A stretch of 64,000 nucleotides of DNA from Ruditapes philippinarum (Eukaryota): NCBI RefSeq assembly GCF_026571515.1, contig NW_026863897.1:1-64000 (forward strand). Direction: 5' to 3'. Under the pieces are notes generated by a model. That model worked only from the letters and a program-made list of their open reading frames with translations, was not told where the DNA came from and searched no databases. The translations under genes were made by a program, and so were the position numbers. This document shows positions 12,144 to 25,149 of this stretch, piece by piece; positions within the stretch are counted from its first letter, which is position 1, and each line of letters begins with the position of its first letter.

Positions 12144-14869
12144 ATATATTTACCTGTATAAGTGCCGGTAATGGATTTATTGTACCTATTGAATTTGCAT
12201 GCGTTTAATATAAATATTGCAATGTAGTACTCGATATTAATCTTTCAACATAAAAATATCAAAATAAGAATCCCTAATGGAAGTCAATAACGTTAAAATT
12301 CTAAATGTTGCAGACTCGATTTCATTGATCCTGCTCATGGACGGTTCTGTCAACTGCAAACTACTATCCACACCCCCTAGCACCGGCTTTATCATGGTAA
12401 TGGTGAAATTTTGAATTTAGAAACGTCCGCAGATGTGTTCATACGGCGGTTATCATGGAACCTTCGATGTGTAACGTTAATGCCATTCCATGACAAGCGG
12501 CGTATTATCCCCAATAATATTACTGCAAATCAAAACGGTGTGCAACCGATATCAAAGGGACATTATTGCCCTGTAAATAAATTAAGGACAAAGTTAATTC
12601 ATAGTCTCCCTTTGTCGTACAAAACGTTATCGTCATGTTTACCGAATTCATTGAACCGGTGCTTTTAGGTAAACAAATTGTCGCAAAATTCAAGGTCTGA
12701 GTTATATATGAAACTTTAAAAATGTATTTATAATTAATCAGTAAAGGATAATAAACACTGTGTTTTAAGTATATACTTCTCATTGGCGTCCGCGCCGAAG
12801 CGCGGCGCTCTTATGGAATGAGATCAGATTTTGAGAAAGGGCGAAAGCAACTTCTCGAGTCTTTTAGTCGGTCATAATAAATGCCGAAAATTCCGATCGG
12901 TATGAGGGTGCTTGATTATTAAATAAGAATGAAATGTCGCGATATGTTACAATGAATTTTCGCAATGCAAACATTTACAAATGAAATAACCTTTTCCGTC
13001 AATAAATCGCGCTCTTCGGGGTTTTTTATTTATCATTTTGTAGTACACAGTCGGTTATCATGTCATGGTATGTTATTGTTGTACATGTATCCTAGAATGA
13101 TCAGTTGATGACCTAAATATTCCAAAAACCTATTTATAGATATATCTTTTTATCACTCCTATCGGTAAATGCCGGTCTCTCCCGGTCTATTTTGACCAGG
13201 ATTTACTAGTGACCGGCGAATAGTACCACACGTTATATTGTCCGGTCTCTCCCGGTTTTGGAGTAGATGTTTGATATCGTTACAATTAGAAAAAAAACAA
13301 CAATAGCATGTTTCATTTTATCTATATGAGATAAAAACAATAAATATGTACACGGATTTATATGTAATATAAATCCGTGATATGTACAATAATTGAGAAA
13401 AAGGTACATTTTTTATGGTATTAAAATGACATTATCAACTTTGAAACATTTTATTTAATTATTCAATTTGTTATCCGTGTTTAGTAAAGATGCCGAGGAA
13501 TTATTCAAAGTTACAAATTAGATTTCATGAATTATTCAATTGATCGATAATTTAAAAAATGATAAAGAAAAATACAATGTACATGTACATGGTTTAAGAA
13601 TAAACAATATTATAGATTGAAAGATAAACCATAATTTACTGACTTTTTCCAGTTAAGCTTTGACTTATAATCGTCGGTCAATATGACAATTGAATTCCTA
13701 AAATTTATTTTACAATTTTAATAAAAAAGAGTAGTAAAAACTCAGTATTAAAATAGCACATAAACACAAAAAAGAATAAAAGAAAACAATATTCATAAAA
13801 TTTGTATTTTTTTTAAATTAAAATTAATAGATATTACAATTATTGTATAATAAACAATTATGCTCAACATGATCAACATGGTAATATAACCAGTGTCATA
13901 TTTTTACTAACTTAAAGTGTGAACAGATACCTTAAGGTGACAACAGACACTTTTCGTGGTACTCACATAAATGTCATTTAAACCAACTTATTTCAGTAAT
14001 AATTGTTATTTATTTTATCTTTGTGCATTAAATGTCGTTGATTATCATAAAAAATAACATATTTGAAAAAAATGCCTTTGTAAATGATTGATTTTTAATA
14101 AAAATCCTAAAATTTTAAATCGTCATATCAAAGTCATTTTTTATTTTTTTGTCATCAAACTTTTGGAAAATAAACATACTTATAATATCTGGGGAACCGT
14201 GTCTCAAATTTTTTCTATATTTTCTCAAAAAAAAATTACGTAACGTCAAACGTTTTATGCGACTTTTTTCACCATACATATTACGTAATGAAAGATAATT
14301 AAGTCGCTGATTGAGCAAACAAAAATCCCTGACACGGTTCCCTCCGTAAATGAATTCCCTTCCATGTGCTTTAAACCGCATGTTAATTGCTTGATTATTA
14401 AAAAAGTTATGCCGATTCAAAGTTAGTCCGACCCGGATCAAACGAAGTGTCTTCGCTAATAGCGATAACATGTACATAATAAGGGACAAATGTGTGGTAC
14501 GTGTTGATCATGCGTTACACATATGGATTATAAATGATTGCATACATGTATATCCGTTGCTATTAATAACCACGATCATAAAGAAATAACAAGTAATATT
14601 CTAATCTCTAGCATGCCAATCAAAGTTCATAATGAACAATGTCTTTCGTCAGCTCATTCATAAGTGGTATACATTTCTGGTAGTTTATAAGAATATCTTG
14701 TCATCATATGTGTACTAGTTCATCTTCACTTGCTGCATTTCTTGCTTGGACGCCCTTTGATGCTTTGCATCAATGCTTTTCTTGTTCAGTTTTGTTATGT
14801 GTTAACTGTTATATACATGTATGTATGATAAGAAAAAGTAAAACAGTCATAAAGTTATCTCATGAAGCT

Positions 14870-15870
14870 TTATAGTGTATAACTGTTATACACGTATCTC
14901 AAGTATAACTGCTAGACACGTATCTCAAGATACTTGATAATGCATAACTGTTATACACGTATCTCAAGATACTTGATAATGCATAACAGTTATACACGTA
15001 TCTCAAGATACTTGATAATGCATAACTGTTATACACGTATCTCAAGATACTTGATAATGCATAACTGTTATACACGTATCGCAAGATACTTGATAATGCA
15101 TAACAGTTATACACGTATCGCAAGATACTTGATAATGCATAACTGTTATACACGTATCTCAAGATACTTGATAATGCATAACTGTTATACACGTATCGCA
15201 AGATACTTGATAATGCATAACTGTTATACACGTATCGCAAGATACTTGATAATGCATAACTGTTATACACGTATCGCAAGTTACTTGATAATGTATAACT
15301 GTTACACACGTATCTCAAGATACTTGGTAATGCATAACTGTTACACACGTATCGCAAGATACTTGATAATGCATAACTGTTATACACGTATCGCAAGTTA
15401 CTTGATAATGCATAACTGTTATACACGTATCGCAAGTTACTTGATAATGTATAACTGTTACACACGTATCTCAAGATACTTGATAATGTATAACTGGTAT
15501 AGGCGTATCTCAAGATATTTTATAATGCACAATTGTCATACACGTATGAAACTTTATAATGTGTAATTGTTATAGACGTATCTCAAGATACTTTATAATG
15601 TTTATCTGTTATACACGTATCTCAAAAAGCTGTATAATGCATAACTGTTATACACGTATCTCAAGATACTTTACAATGTTTATCTGTTATACACGTACAT
15701 GTATCTCAAAAAGCTGTATAATGTATAGCTGTTATACATGTATCTCATGATACTTGATAATGTATTTCTGTTATACACGTATTTCGAGAAGCTTTATAAT
15801 GTATTTCTGTTATACACGTATTTCGAGAAGCTTTATAATGTATTTCTGTTATACACGTATCTCAAGAAGA
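14870..15870. repeat. 39-bp minisatellite (TGCATAACTGTTATACACGTATCTCAAGATACTTGATAA)n, ~25 copies
   Basis: Homogeneous core at about 14925-15490 with diverged flanks; explains the 13-aa repeat ORFs on both strands. Confidence 0.97.
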
Positions 15871-16220
15871 TTTATAATTTGAGATAGTTATAAATGCTGT
15901 AAGTGTGTGTGGAGATGGGAGAATGCAGGGGGAAGGGGAGAAGAAACAAAATTTTGACAAAACATTATTCTTTTGTTGTTGAATAATATTAATAAACCTT
16001 TAACTGGAAGAATTTTACAAATACTCATATATCGGCCAGATATATTCAGTATGATTGTTTTGTGAATTTTAGCTAATTCAACCTAGTGGTATATATGAAG
16101 TGCTTAATCTGAAAACAGGAATGCCCTCTCAAAGCACTACTATGTTATTACTGGTACAGATCACAGGAAAACCTTTGAGGTCACCTCCTGTCACAAGTAT
16201 CTTACTGAAATACTGCTTTA

Positions 16221-16370
16221 NNNNNNNNNNNNNNNNNNNNNNNNNNNNNNNNNNNNNNNNNNNNNNNNNNNNNNNNNNNNNNNNNNNNNNNNNNNNNNNN
16301 NNNNNNNNNNNNNNNNNNNNNNNNNNNNNNNNNNNNNNNNNNNNNNNNNNNNNNNNNNNNNNNNNNNNNN
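16221..16370. other. Assembly gap (150 N)
   Basis: Run of N. Confidence 1.
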
Positions 16371-16643
16371 AAAAAATTATGGTGATTATGTTTTTTCTTT
16401 AGGGAAAATTCTTTACAGTTTTCGGTTGAAAACATTTTCAATCACAATTTTTTAAAGAGTAAACTATTTAGGTATCCTCTGTTGAATTATTGGAATTAAA
16501 TGGGACGAAAGAAATATGACGAATTTTTATTGATTTTTATCATAGACACATTTGTAGAATATTTGTTAAATGGTGACTTATGTATTAGTGGAGACTAGCA
16601 TTTTAATGTATTTGACAAGAAAACAAGTTGCTCATAGCTGTCT

Positions 16644-17092
16644 CTATAATGTTGTAGGAGATTTCAGATCCCCACAATGTTTCTTTTGATCTATATCATT
16701 TTCCGATTTTGGCTTTGAATCGATATCTGACAATGAGATTTCTAGTTTACTTGCACCAAGTTTTGTATGAATAGAATTGTTATTGTCTGTTTCGCTCTCG
16801 GAACGCGGGGAATCCGGATGTGACGACATCGGGCTAGGAGGAGAATCAGCACTTCCGGTTGATAGGGGGCGTGGGCGTCGCTTAGCTTCATCCTTTTTCC
16901 ATTTCATTCTTCTGTTTTGAAACCAAATTTTTATGTGTCTCTCTGTTAAATTCAACATGGCAGCAAGTTCTATCCGACGAGGTCGTGAAATATATTTGTT
17001 AAAATGAAACTCTTTTTCAAGCTCGAGAAGCTGCCCTCTAGTATAAGCTGTTCTTGTTCGCTTGTTCTCATCTTCCATTGAATACTGGGCAC
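16644..17092 (-). CDS. Xlox: Xlox/Pdx ParaHox homeobox gene, coding exon 2 (homeodomain and Ser/Pro-rich tail)
   Basis: Acceptor TATTCCAG|GT at 17093 joins exon 1 in frame (G|GT = Gly). Homeodomain [59 protein letters not shown] has the Pdx-diagnostic His in ERHIKIWF. Spliced CDS 520+449 = 969 nt, 322 aa. Confidence 0.97.
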
Positions 17093-18914
17093 CTGGAATA
17101 CAAGTTAAAACGATATGAACATTGTCCATAAAATAGTAAATAGAAATGATGAAGTAATTGCACTTAATTTCCCTTGTTGAAGTTTTTGATATAACCTTTT
17201 ATGGAAACAGATTATTCAATATCTTATAATTTTCAAAATATATCTGGATGGGATTAAGTGAAAGCCATGTGGTTTAAGGTTTGATACTTGTCTGACAGCT
17301 CTAAGTGATAAAAGTTACGTAATCCCCACCCCAAGCTCACTTAATGCTCTCAAAATAGTCCTTAAAACCAACGAGATAAAATCTTAAAACCTGGTCTAGA
17401 TATATCGTTATTATATTGTGCATACACCAGATAGCCCGCCTGACCTACACAATAATTACACGAAGGTAATAAATAAACGAAGATCTTATCTCTTGTGATT
17501 GTGTTTTGTTTGATATAAGATAAAATGTTTCTGATTTATACTCCTTCTATCCATATCTTAACAATGGCAACAATAACACCTAATGAATCATTAATCATAA
17601 AACATTTAATCCTAAATTATTTCGAATATCAGACTGTACGTTATAAGAATATAGAAAACATAACACCATTAGAACTGCAAAATAGAAAAAGGTTGGATTC
17701 AAAAACTTCATGATTAAAAACTGAACTGTAAATAACATAATGAAATAAAGCCAAAATTATGTCCGTGATTGTAGTTCTTTACTTATTGAAAATTACAGTT
17801 GATAAATTCTGGCAATGTAAATGATGCAACACAATTATGAATCGATATTTTGAATATTTCCATTATATATGTATTTTTATGTTGTGTGTATCATACAAAT
17901 TGGCATTAATTAATATTACTTGGATTACGTGAGAGTTTTTTTGTTTGTTTTTGGTTTGTTGTTGTTGTTTCTTTTGTTATGTTTTTTTAATACACCACAT
18001 ATACGAATTATTTAGGCGTAGTAGGTGGTCCACTTATTATAAAGTCTTGGTTCAATGACATCAATCTGGTACGAACATATTGATTATATCTTACAAAAAA
18101 CAACAAACTATTTTTTAAGTAAATACAAAATATCTTTTTTATTTCTCTATTTTTTTCTAGAGAACCTTTGCATGAAGTCGATGGAAACGATTATTGTCTT
18201 ACAATAAAATCACAAAATTCCTGTTTTTCAGATAAGCAATTTATCATTTCCGTATTCAATATGGACCAAGAGCTTATGCTAACCCTCTTGTCAATAAAGG
18301 TTCAAAAAAGCCACCCTGCAGGTGTCGTTATGAAAGTTATAACTGCGCTTTTGAAGAGAAAACTTTCATGTAAATATCTTTGCAGTTAGGTTTTTGTAAT
18401 ATCATCTCAATACATGGTCGATATTACCTGTCACAGATTTTGATATGTTTGGACGGTACGTGTAGAAAAATGCAACTTGAGTTGCGTAAGATTGTTGATA
18501 AACCCCCTTCAATACTGAAGATCCCTACTTCGTCACACAAACTGATTTTTCAATTACCTTTTACAGATTATAAGACGTGTCAATATGATACGTACATCTT
18601 ATGTCTTACTTTTAAGTGTTATAACCACCTTAGTAAGCAGAATATACCATTTCATGTATAGCAAACCATTCTGATACATGTATCGTATATATAATTGTTC
18701 TTTGTAACGTTTGAACGAGTAACAATGATCTGTTTATCATTGTAAGAATGGTTACTATGTTAACAGATATGACATCATTCGTTAAGCATTGCAGAAAGGA
18801 GACATACAGTTATTTAAAAAACCAAATTGGCATTCAATTTGATCTCGTATATCACATTAGTTTACACAGAATTTATTTCAGTTCGATTGTGGAGGAAGTT
18901 ATAAGCTTATAGAC

Positions 18915-19056
18915 ACACTTTCGAATCCGTTCCTGGAGCCAACCAGTACTGAGAAATGAGTGTAAAGTTTTTTGCTCAAGGAAACAACGACTTGCCCATG
19001 TCGGGGTTTGAATCATTAGATTACTTGTCCAACGCGTTAACCCCTCGGTCATTCCG
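18915..19056 (-). mobile_element. tRNA-derived SINE fragment (head plus central domain)
   Basis: Minus strand shows A-box-like TGACCGAGGGG and B-box-like GATTCAAACCC, then TTCCTTGAGCAAAAAACTTTACAC...CAGTACTGGTTGG, which resembles mollusc SINE cores. Confidence 0.7.
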
Positions 19057-19063
19057 ACATTCT

Positions 19064-19235
19064 AAATATCACATTGCAAACCATGAGAATTATGACATTA
19101 TCTATAACCACAAATCTGACATAACACATACTCAGAAATATGAAATAACGCATGATCAGAAACATTACATGACATATGATAAGAAATATGACATTATACA
19201 ATATACAATATCAGAAATACATGTATGACATAAAC
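19064..19235. repeat. Old degenerate ~24-bp minisatellite (consensus about AATCAGAAATATGACATTACACAT); second patch at 20749-21020
   Basis: CAGAAATATGA/TATGACATTA motifs recur with about 24-nt spacing. Confidence 0.55.
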
Positions 19236-21052
19236 CAGTATCAGTATCAATTATTTTTTACGTCACGGGACTTGAAACGTATTCTATTTGATGAAGATAC
19301 AGACAAATAACTTGTGTGCAAAATTTGCTCTTTACGTTTTTCCAGTACATTTTTCACTAAAATCGGGCTAAGAATAGCATAAAATACGATTTTCAATTTA
19401 TTTCTGATAAATATTAGCTTTTGTATATCTTTCTGTTTTCAGTGCGCCATCTGATTAGAATAAGAATTTAATTTTGTTTTTGTTTTCAAAAAGGCGTTTG
19501 GATCTCACTGGAGTTCCTTAACCATTATAACGACGATAAGTCGACGGCCTTGACCACTAAATTTATTGCACAACGCTTACCGCTTTATGTCTTATATGTC
19601 TGGAAGATTACAAAGTGTATGCTTCAATATTTTTACTGAACCTTAAATATGCGGTATCCCAAGGCAATGTTTAAGGCTCCCTACTATTTTTATGTTTTGC
19701 GAATGACATGCTTATATGTACTGACCCAGACTGCAAACTCATTTTATATGCTGGTGATAGTGATCAAAAAGTGTAATGGGTTCTGTTAAAATTGGCTAAT
19801 ACCTACATGTAGAGGAAACTGATTATATAATTTTATTTGGTTGGGAAAGAAATTGAAACTGTTAAGATATTTTAGAATTATGTATTATAAAGGACATACT
19901 ATTGAGTGAAAAAGCGTAACTTATCTTGTGTCAATGAAAATAATTTATAACCAGATGACAGTATTGGTAATAATATTGTCAGTTGAGTAAGCTCACGTCT
20001 AAAATTTATGAACAGAAACCAAAAATCATTAGATACTAAGACAAGAAATTATTTGTGTTTTGCTTCGATTCAATGTCACATAGATTATCCTTGTACTTAT
20101 TGGTGCCTAAGTCTAAAGAAATGTCCTAAAGACATATTTCAAATAAGTAAAATACAATTGTTAGATTTATTTATGGTCTGGATGTAAGAGAAGGTATTAA
20201 CCTGAACAACCTGTCAAATATGTCTTTGTTAAATGCTAAGAATATAAATAAGCAACTTATCTTTAAGATTATAAATCACAAGTGCCATCATATATGAAAA
20301 AAACTTTTTTTATTCTTGAAAGAATTCATTTATATTAATATACGAAGACCAATATTGAATGTGTAATGATTCAAGTATAATCAATGGGCACCTTTGAATA
20401 TAAGCCTTTTACCTTTCATAGGTAATTCTAGGCTTTTACTATCTTTACATTAGATGGTGTCTTATTTCAAGTATTTACAGTTTTTTCTATAATATATCAA
20501 AGAAAACCCGTGATTAATATTATCATTGTATAAGTAATTGTGATAATCTACCTTTTGTGATATATGCATAACTTTTTGTTTCTTATCTGGTCAAATCTTA
20601 TGCTTTAATAATATGTTGTTTAAATAATATGCTTTATGTTACCTTATGAGTTGATCATTATGAATACCTTATTCTATTTATTTTATAAATTTAAGTAATT
20701 CAAGCCTTTTATCATTTTGTGTTTTAACCTGAATTCACATCAATCGATAATCAGAAATATGATATTACAGTTAATTTGAACTATGAAATTGCACATAATT
20801 AGAACTATGAGATTGTATTTAATCAGAAAATACATACTGCATATTATCACATATGCTATTCAATGTGATCATGCATTTACTCATAAATTTGACATTGCAT
20901 TTATAAAGACATATGAACAGTTTACAATCACATATATAACATTACATATTACAATGTATTTGGAAATAAAACAGAACATAGATATTAAATATTATATCAT
21001 TAGAAATTATAAATCATTAAATAAAGGTCATATTATGAGCAATATTACTTTA

Positions 21053-21725
21053 AACCCCTGTCACACTAGGACGGCGTTCTCACAGCGTCCAGTGAAACTT
21101 CAGAACGCCGAGGTGAGCGCAGTAAGATCGCAAACATCGCCGCAGCATCGTCGTAGCATCGTTGTGGCATCGCATAGAACGCCGACAGACGGCGCGCATT
21201 TTGAGCATGTTCAAAACAAACGCCGTCACTCGGCGTTCTAAAATGAGCGCAGTGGGATCGCAGATAGGACGCCGTAGCAACTCCGTAGCATCTCCTACAA
21301 CGCAACAGGAGCGCCGTGAAAGCGCAAAAGGAACGCCGAATGAACGCGGTGGTTATCCACGGCGCTTGTACGGAGTTTGTGCGGCGTCTTTACCGCGCTT
21401 ATACTGCGTGTACACGGCGCTTTTACAGAGCTTTACGATTTCAGGGCAGTGTGAATGCCGCGAGAACGCAGTATGACCGCCGTAAATGCGCAGTGAAAGC
21501 GCAAAGAACGTCGTAGAAGCGCGATCCGAACGAAGACAATCGTCAATTAAAACGCCGTGAAAGCTCCGTAACATCGCCATGATCGCCGTGGGGACGCCGT
21601 GAAGACTCCATAAAGTCTTAATGTCAACAAAAATATAACATTTTTTATTGCGATCTCGCGGCGCTTTGTTAAATTTTACAACGCCGTGCAAACGCAGTGA
21701 AAGCGCAGTCTGATGTGACAGGGCC
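21053..21725. mobile_element. GC-rich non-autonomous DNA transposon, PIF/Harbinger-like
   Basis: TIRs CCCTGTCACA...TGTGACAGGG, flanked by TAA/TTA. Sharp GC/CpG jump; internal ACGCCGT/ACGGCG subrepeats. Confidence 0.8.
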
Positions 21726-21986
21726 TTACTTAGAGTTCAAAAAACGACATATAATCAGAAATATGGCACTGCTGTACATATATGATTTTCAGAAGGTTAT
21801 TTAGTATTACATTTTTTTATTGGCATGTCCATAATAATAAGCTAATGGAAAAATAGAATGTATGGTAATCTATAACAAGTATCCAATTATGTAGTTCAGT
21901 CTATCAAATAATACGTATATATTCCATAATAAAAATGTTTGAACAGGCTAGTAGATTATTCAATATTTATAAAACATCACATTTTA

Positions 21987-22893
21987 AGCGGCCTTCAGCT
22001 TTTCTATAGGTTAAATACATGTATCTTATTTTTAGATAAATCGTTTCATATATACACCTGGAAATAAATTAAGCACAACCGGCATTTCGCCTCAATTTTG
22101 ACATGAACAAAACTGAAATTTCAGAATTTATTCTAATGGTACGAGCCACCTGTAGTCAACCTGCAACAACTGGAACAAGCTTTGCACCAATAAAAACTCA
22201 AAATCAAATAAGACGCCTTAGTGGTAGTATGACGAGAAGGGTTAAGGCTATTATCCTAACGACTTGGCTACATAATGTTATTTTAGGTTACGTAATCGTC
22301 AACATTTACCAAAAATATCCACCAGCAAATGTTTTGTAAACGCCCCAACACTATACTTAGAGACGCATTTTGGTAAAAAAACACACATTTACTTATGTTT
22401 CAATAATTTGGTTAAAAATAAACTAAACCCATAAATTTACTGGTTTATGATTACTAAATTGGTATCGCTATTTAACAAATTACAATTTCTTAGCTCAACT
22501 AAGTTGTCATCTCATGACAGTGCTTTCAATCACAACCAATTAAAAATTTCCGCGGTGTGCTTATTTTCAGGTGTATAGTTGTCAAATCAAAAGAATTAAG
22601 GTAGAAAAAGAAATTTGCCGACGATAAAATACAAAAAACGATAAGGAAACCCCTTGATACCTCTATTCTACCGGTCCGCTCTCTTTATTCAAATTATAGT
22701 GAAGGATTCGTTTCCTCATCTTCTATTTTTAGAAACAAATGTTCTGAAATGTTATTAATAGCTCTCGGGACGTTGTTTTGAAGAAGGCTTAACAGAGATA
22801 TAATGCACTTTTCCAAGATAAAATTACTGAAATACTTAGTTTGAAACAACAAAGAATTGTTTTTCCATCAGAAAATAAAAACTGAAGGCCGCT
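21987..22893. mobile_element. Non-autonomous TIR element, Kolobok-like
   Basis: TIRs AGCGGCCTTCAGCTTT / AAAACTGAAGGCCGCT (15/16), AG...CT termini, flanked by TTTA/TTAA. Confidence 0.7.
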
Positions 22894-24383
22894 TTAATGA
22901 TAAAAATTATGCTGAAATTTGATTTAAATATTTACACTTATTCCATAAAATATTGGTAATAAGTTTCTATGAAGTGTTTTAAGATAGATGGACTCGCTTT
23001 TGTATATGCAGAGCCAACTTATAAAGAATTGCACAGTAACTGATTTCCGAAGTTATACTAAGACAGTAAAAGCCGTATTAATATAATATTGAATAGGAAA
23101 TTTGTTTATTTGACTTGTGTGAACATACCACTACATATGTTTAAATGATATATTATGAATTATGATTATACCTGACTCAAATGTTTAATAAGTCATCTTC
23201 ACCTCTAAATATCTAAAACAGGGGCATGTCCATTTTTCAAACTGCACAAAATCATGTATCTTTTCTTTCTTTGGAGGGGGGGGGGGGGGGGGGGGGATTC
23301 CAAAATACATATATACTAAATAGCGTACAATGCAGACCATGATCAATCATTTGCCGCTGGCAGGCCAAGTACATAAAGTGTATAAGTCGTTTCTTAGGTC
23401 TTCTTTAGACGTATATGCAGAATGCAAATTGTTTAATAGAATTTTTCTAAACTTTTACATGATAATAGAAATTTTTTAAACGAAAGTAGTTTTTTTTTAC
23501 ATTTTAAATTTCAGGTAAAGAATGTCTTTGTTGTTGTTGTTGCTTATCAATATTTGTACCACAGGTGCTTGGAAAGTTAGTGTCTCAGACTGTCGCTTGT
23601 GACTCCAAAGCAAATCCTTTCTATATAAAGTACATGAAGACGTTTATGATTATATGTTAATAACATAATAAATGACAGAATATGTATCATATAAATATGT
23701 GTGTTATTTTTTAAGGTTTTGGGTGACAAGAAAATGTATGTCTCTCGTATCTATCCATTACGTATATATAAACCAAGATACTGTTGGCGTCATTACCAGT
23801 AATTTAAACCATATAATCAGCATAATTTTCATTATTATCATGTTCCCATGACTGTGCATTTTTACATTCACTCCCATTTTTTTTTGAAGATGTGAAAACA
23901 TTGATCATTTTAAAAAACGAAAAGAAATAAAAATGCGTTCTCCACGAAGTGACACTTTTTCAGTAGAGCTTATATGTATTTTACCCTCTGCATTAAGATT
24001 GCATTTCACATGTCAAATATATCTTTGATGTTTCATGTTTTACAACCTTAAAATCGTAACTAAATTACAAAACACATAACAAACTACTTAGACCGCCCTT
24101 GCTACTCGACCAAAATTGATATAGGAATAAACTACTTAATTAGCTTGTAGCATGGGCTTTTAAAAATACATTATGTAATGCTAAATACAAACGTTTAGAG
24201 GCGACTTATCAATTTTAACTTTAAAACGTACAACTTGAGTTGTATCATAATTGTTAACATAAATTTTGTGTCAGCGCAGATTCTCATTTAGAATAAAGTA
24301 GTCTTCCATGCAAAAATGGTGAAACCTTTAAACGTTATATCAGACATAATAAGACACTGTTAATGAACAAATCATTTTATTTA

Positions 24384-25149
24384 GGAAATAGATATCAATT
24401 CTGAGTGCATTGTTGTAGAATAATGCACGGTTTGAGTTCAAATGCGTAGTAATATAATCACGAAGGCCGGTAGGCCTGAGTGATTAATTACAAAGCATTT
24501 GAACGAAAAACGTGCATTATTATACAATAATGCACGAAGAATTAATATCTATTTCCATTCTAACACGTCAAGAAAAAATATGATTATTATTATAAAGTAG
24601 CACTTTATGTTTGGCGGTTAAATTAAAGGCCGTTCCAGTGGGTTGAAAAAAACTGTTGTTAAATCTACCGTGTGTAGAAACATTTTGAGAATAACGAATT
24701 TTGAAAACGTTGATAAAACTTTGTTTGTTTATTTTATTTCAGTCTATAATTTTCCAAGCGAAATACAAATTATTAAAAGTGAAATAAATGTAAAACTTAA
24801 CTCGTCTGCGACGTTAAAATAGCGTACTTGATGCACGTGCTGTTTGGCGCTACATTGTGACGTCACGTAAACAACACTTTAAACGTCTGTACAGCGTTAA
24901 CGACTGAATTAAAGATATTGGTGTTCGGATTTATTTTCTTAGTTAGACCATTTTCTATCAGTCTAGATAGTTTTCACAACAAAATTCGACAAAAAATTGT
25001 TTTTATTTATCAGATTTTTCAAACAAAATGGCGCCCTCAATGTGAAAATACACAGGGAGATAATAAGAACGGCGAGTGCATTGTTGCAGAATAATGCACG
25101 CTTCGGGCCTTCTTTGTTTATATAGAAAATTTACCGATAGTGTTAGAAT
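24384..25149. mobile_element. Non-autonomous element with long hairpin and split repeats (possibly Crypton-like)
   Basis: Imperfect inverted repeat 24384-24556; 27-bp direct repeat 24403-24429 = 25074-25100 (one mismatch); ATTCTAACAC (24557-24566) inverted at the terminus 25140-25149. Confidence 0.6.

Noticed and set aside
14899-15750. 204- and 210-aa repetitive ORFs on both strands
   Set aside because: By-product of a 39-bp (13-codon) minisatellite; no splice context or protein-like composition.
14870-15870. CRISPR-like appearance of palindromic repeats (also 6885-7156)
   Set aside because: Head-to-tail units without unique spacers, in a eukaryotic context with no cas genes.
16100-16441. 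ORFs spanning N runs (also 62408-62881)
   Set aside because: Artefacts of assembly gaps.
17093-17129. ORF-track N-terminus [12 protein letters not shown] for the homeobox ORF
   Set aside because: Intronic read-through upstream of the acceptor at 17093.
20783-21691. Six overlapping ORFs
   Set aside because: Caused by the GC-rich MITE being poor in stop codons; no transposase motifs.
23276-23297. Poly-G run
   Set aside because: Simple homopolymer of unreliable length; no supporting context.
23505-23520. TTTCAG|GTAAAG recursive-splice-like site in the long intron
   Set aside because: On the plus strand, whereas Xlox is transcribed from the minus strand; I found no convincing minus-strand equivalent.
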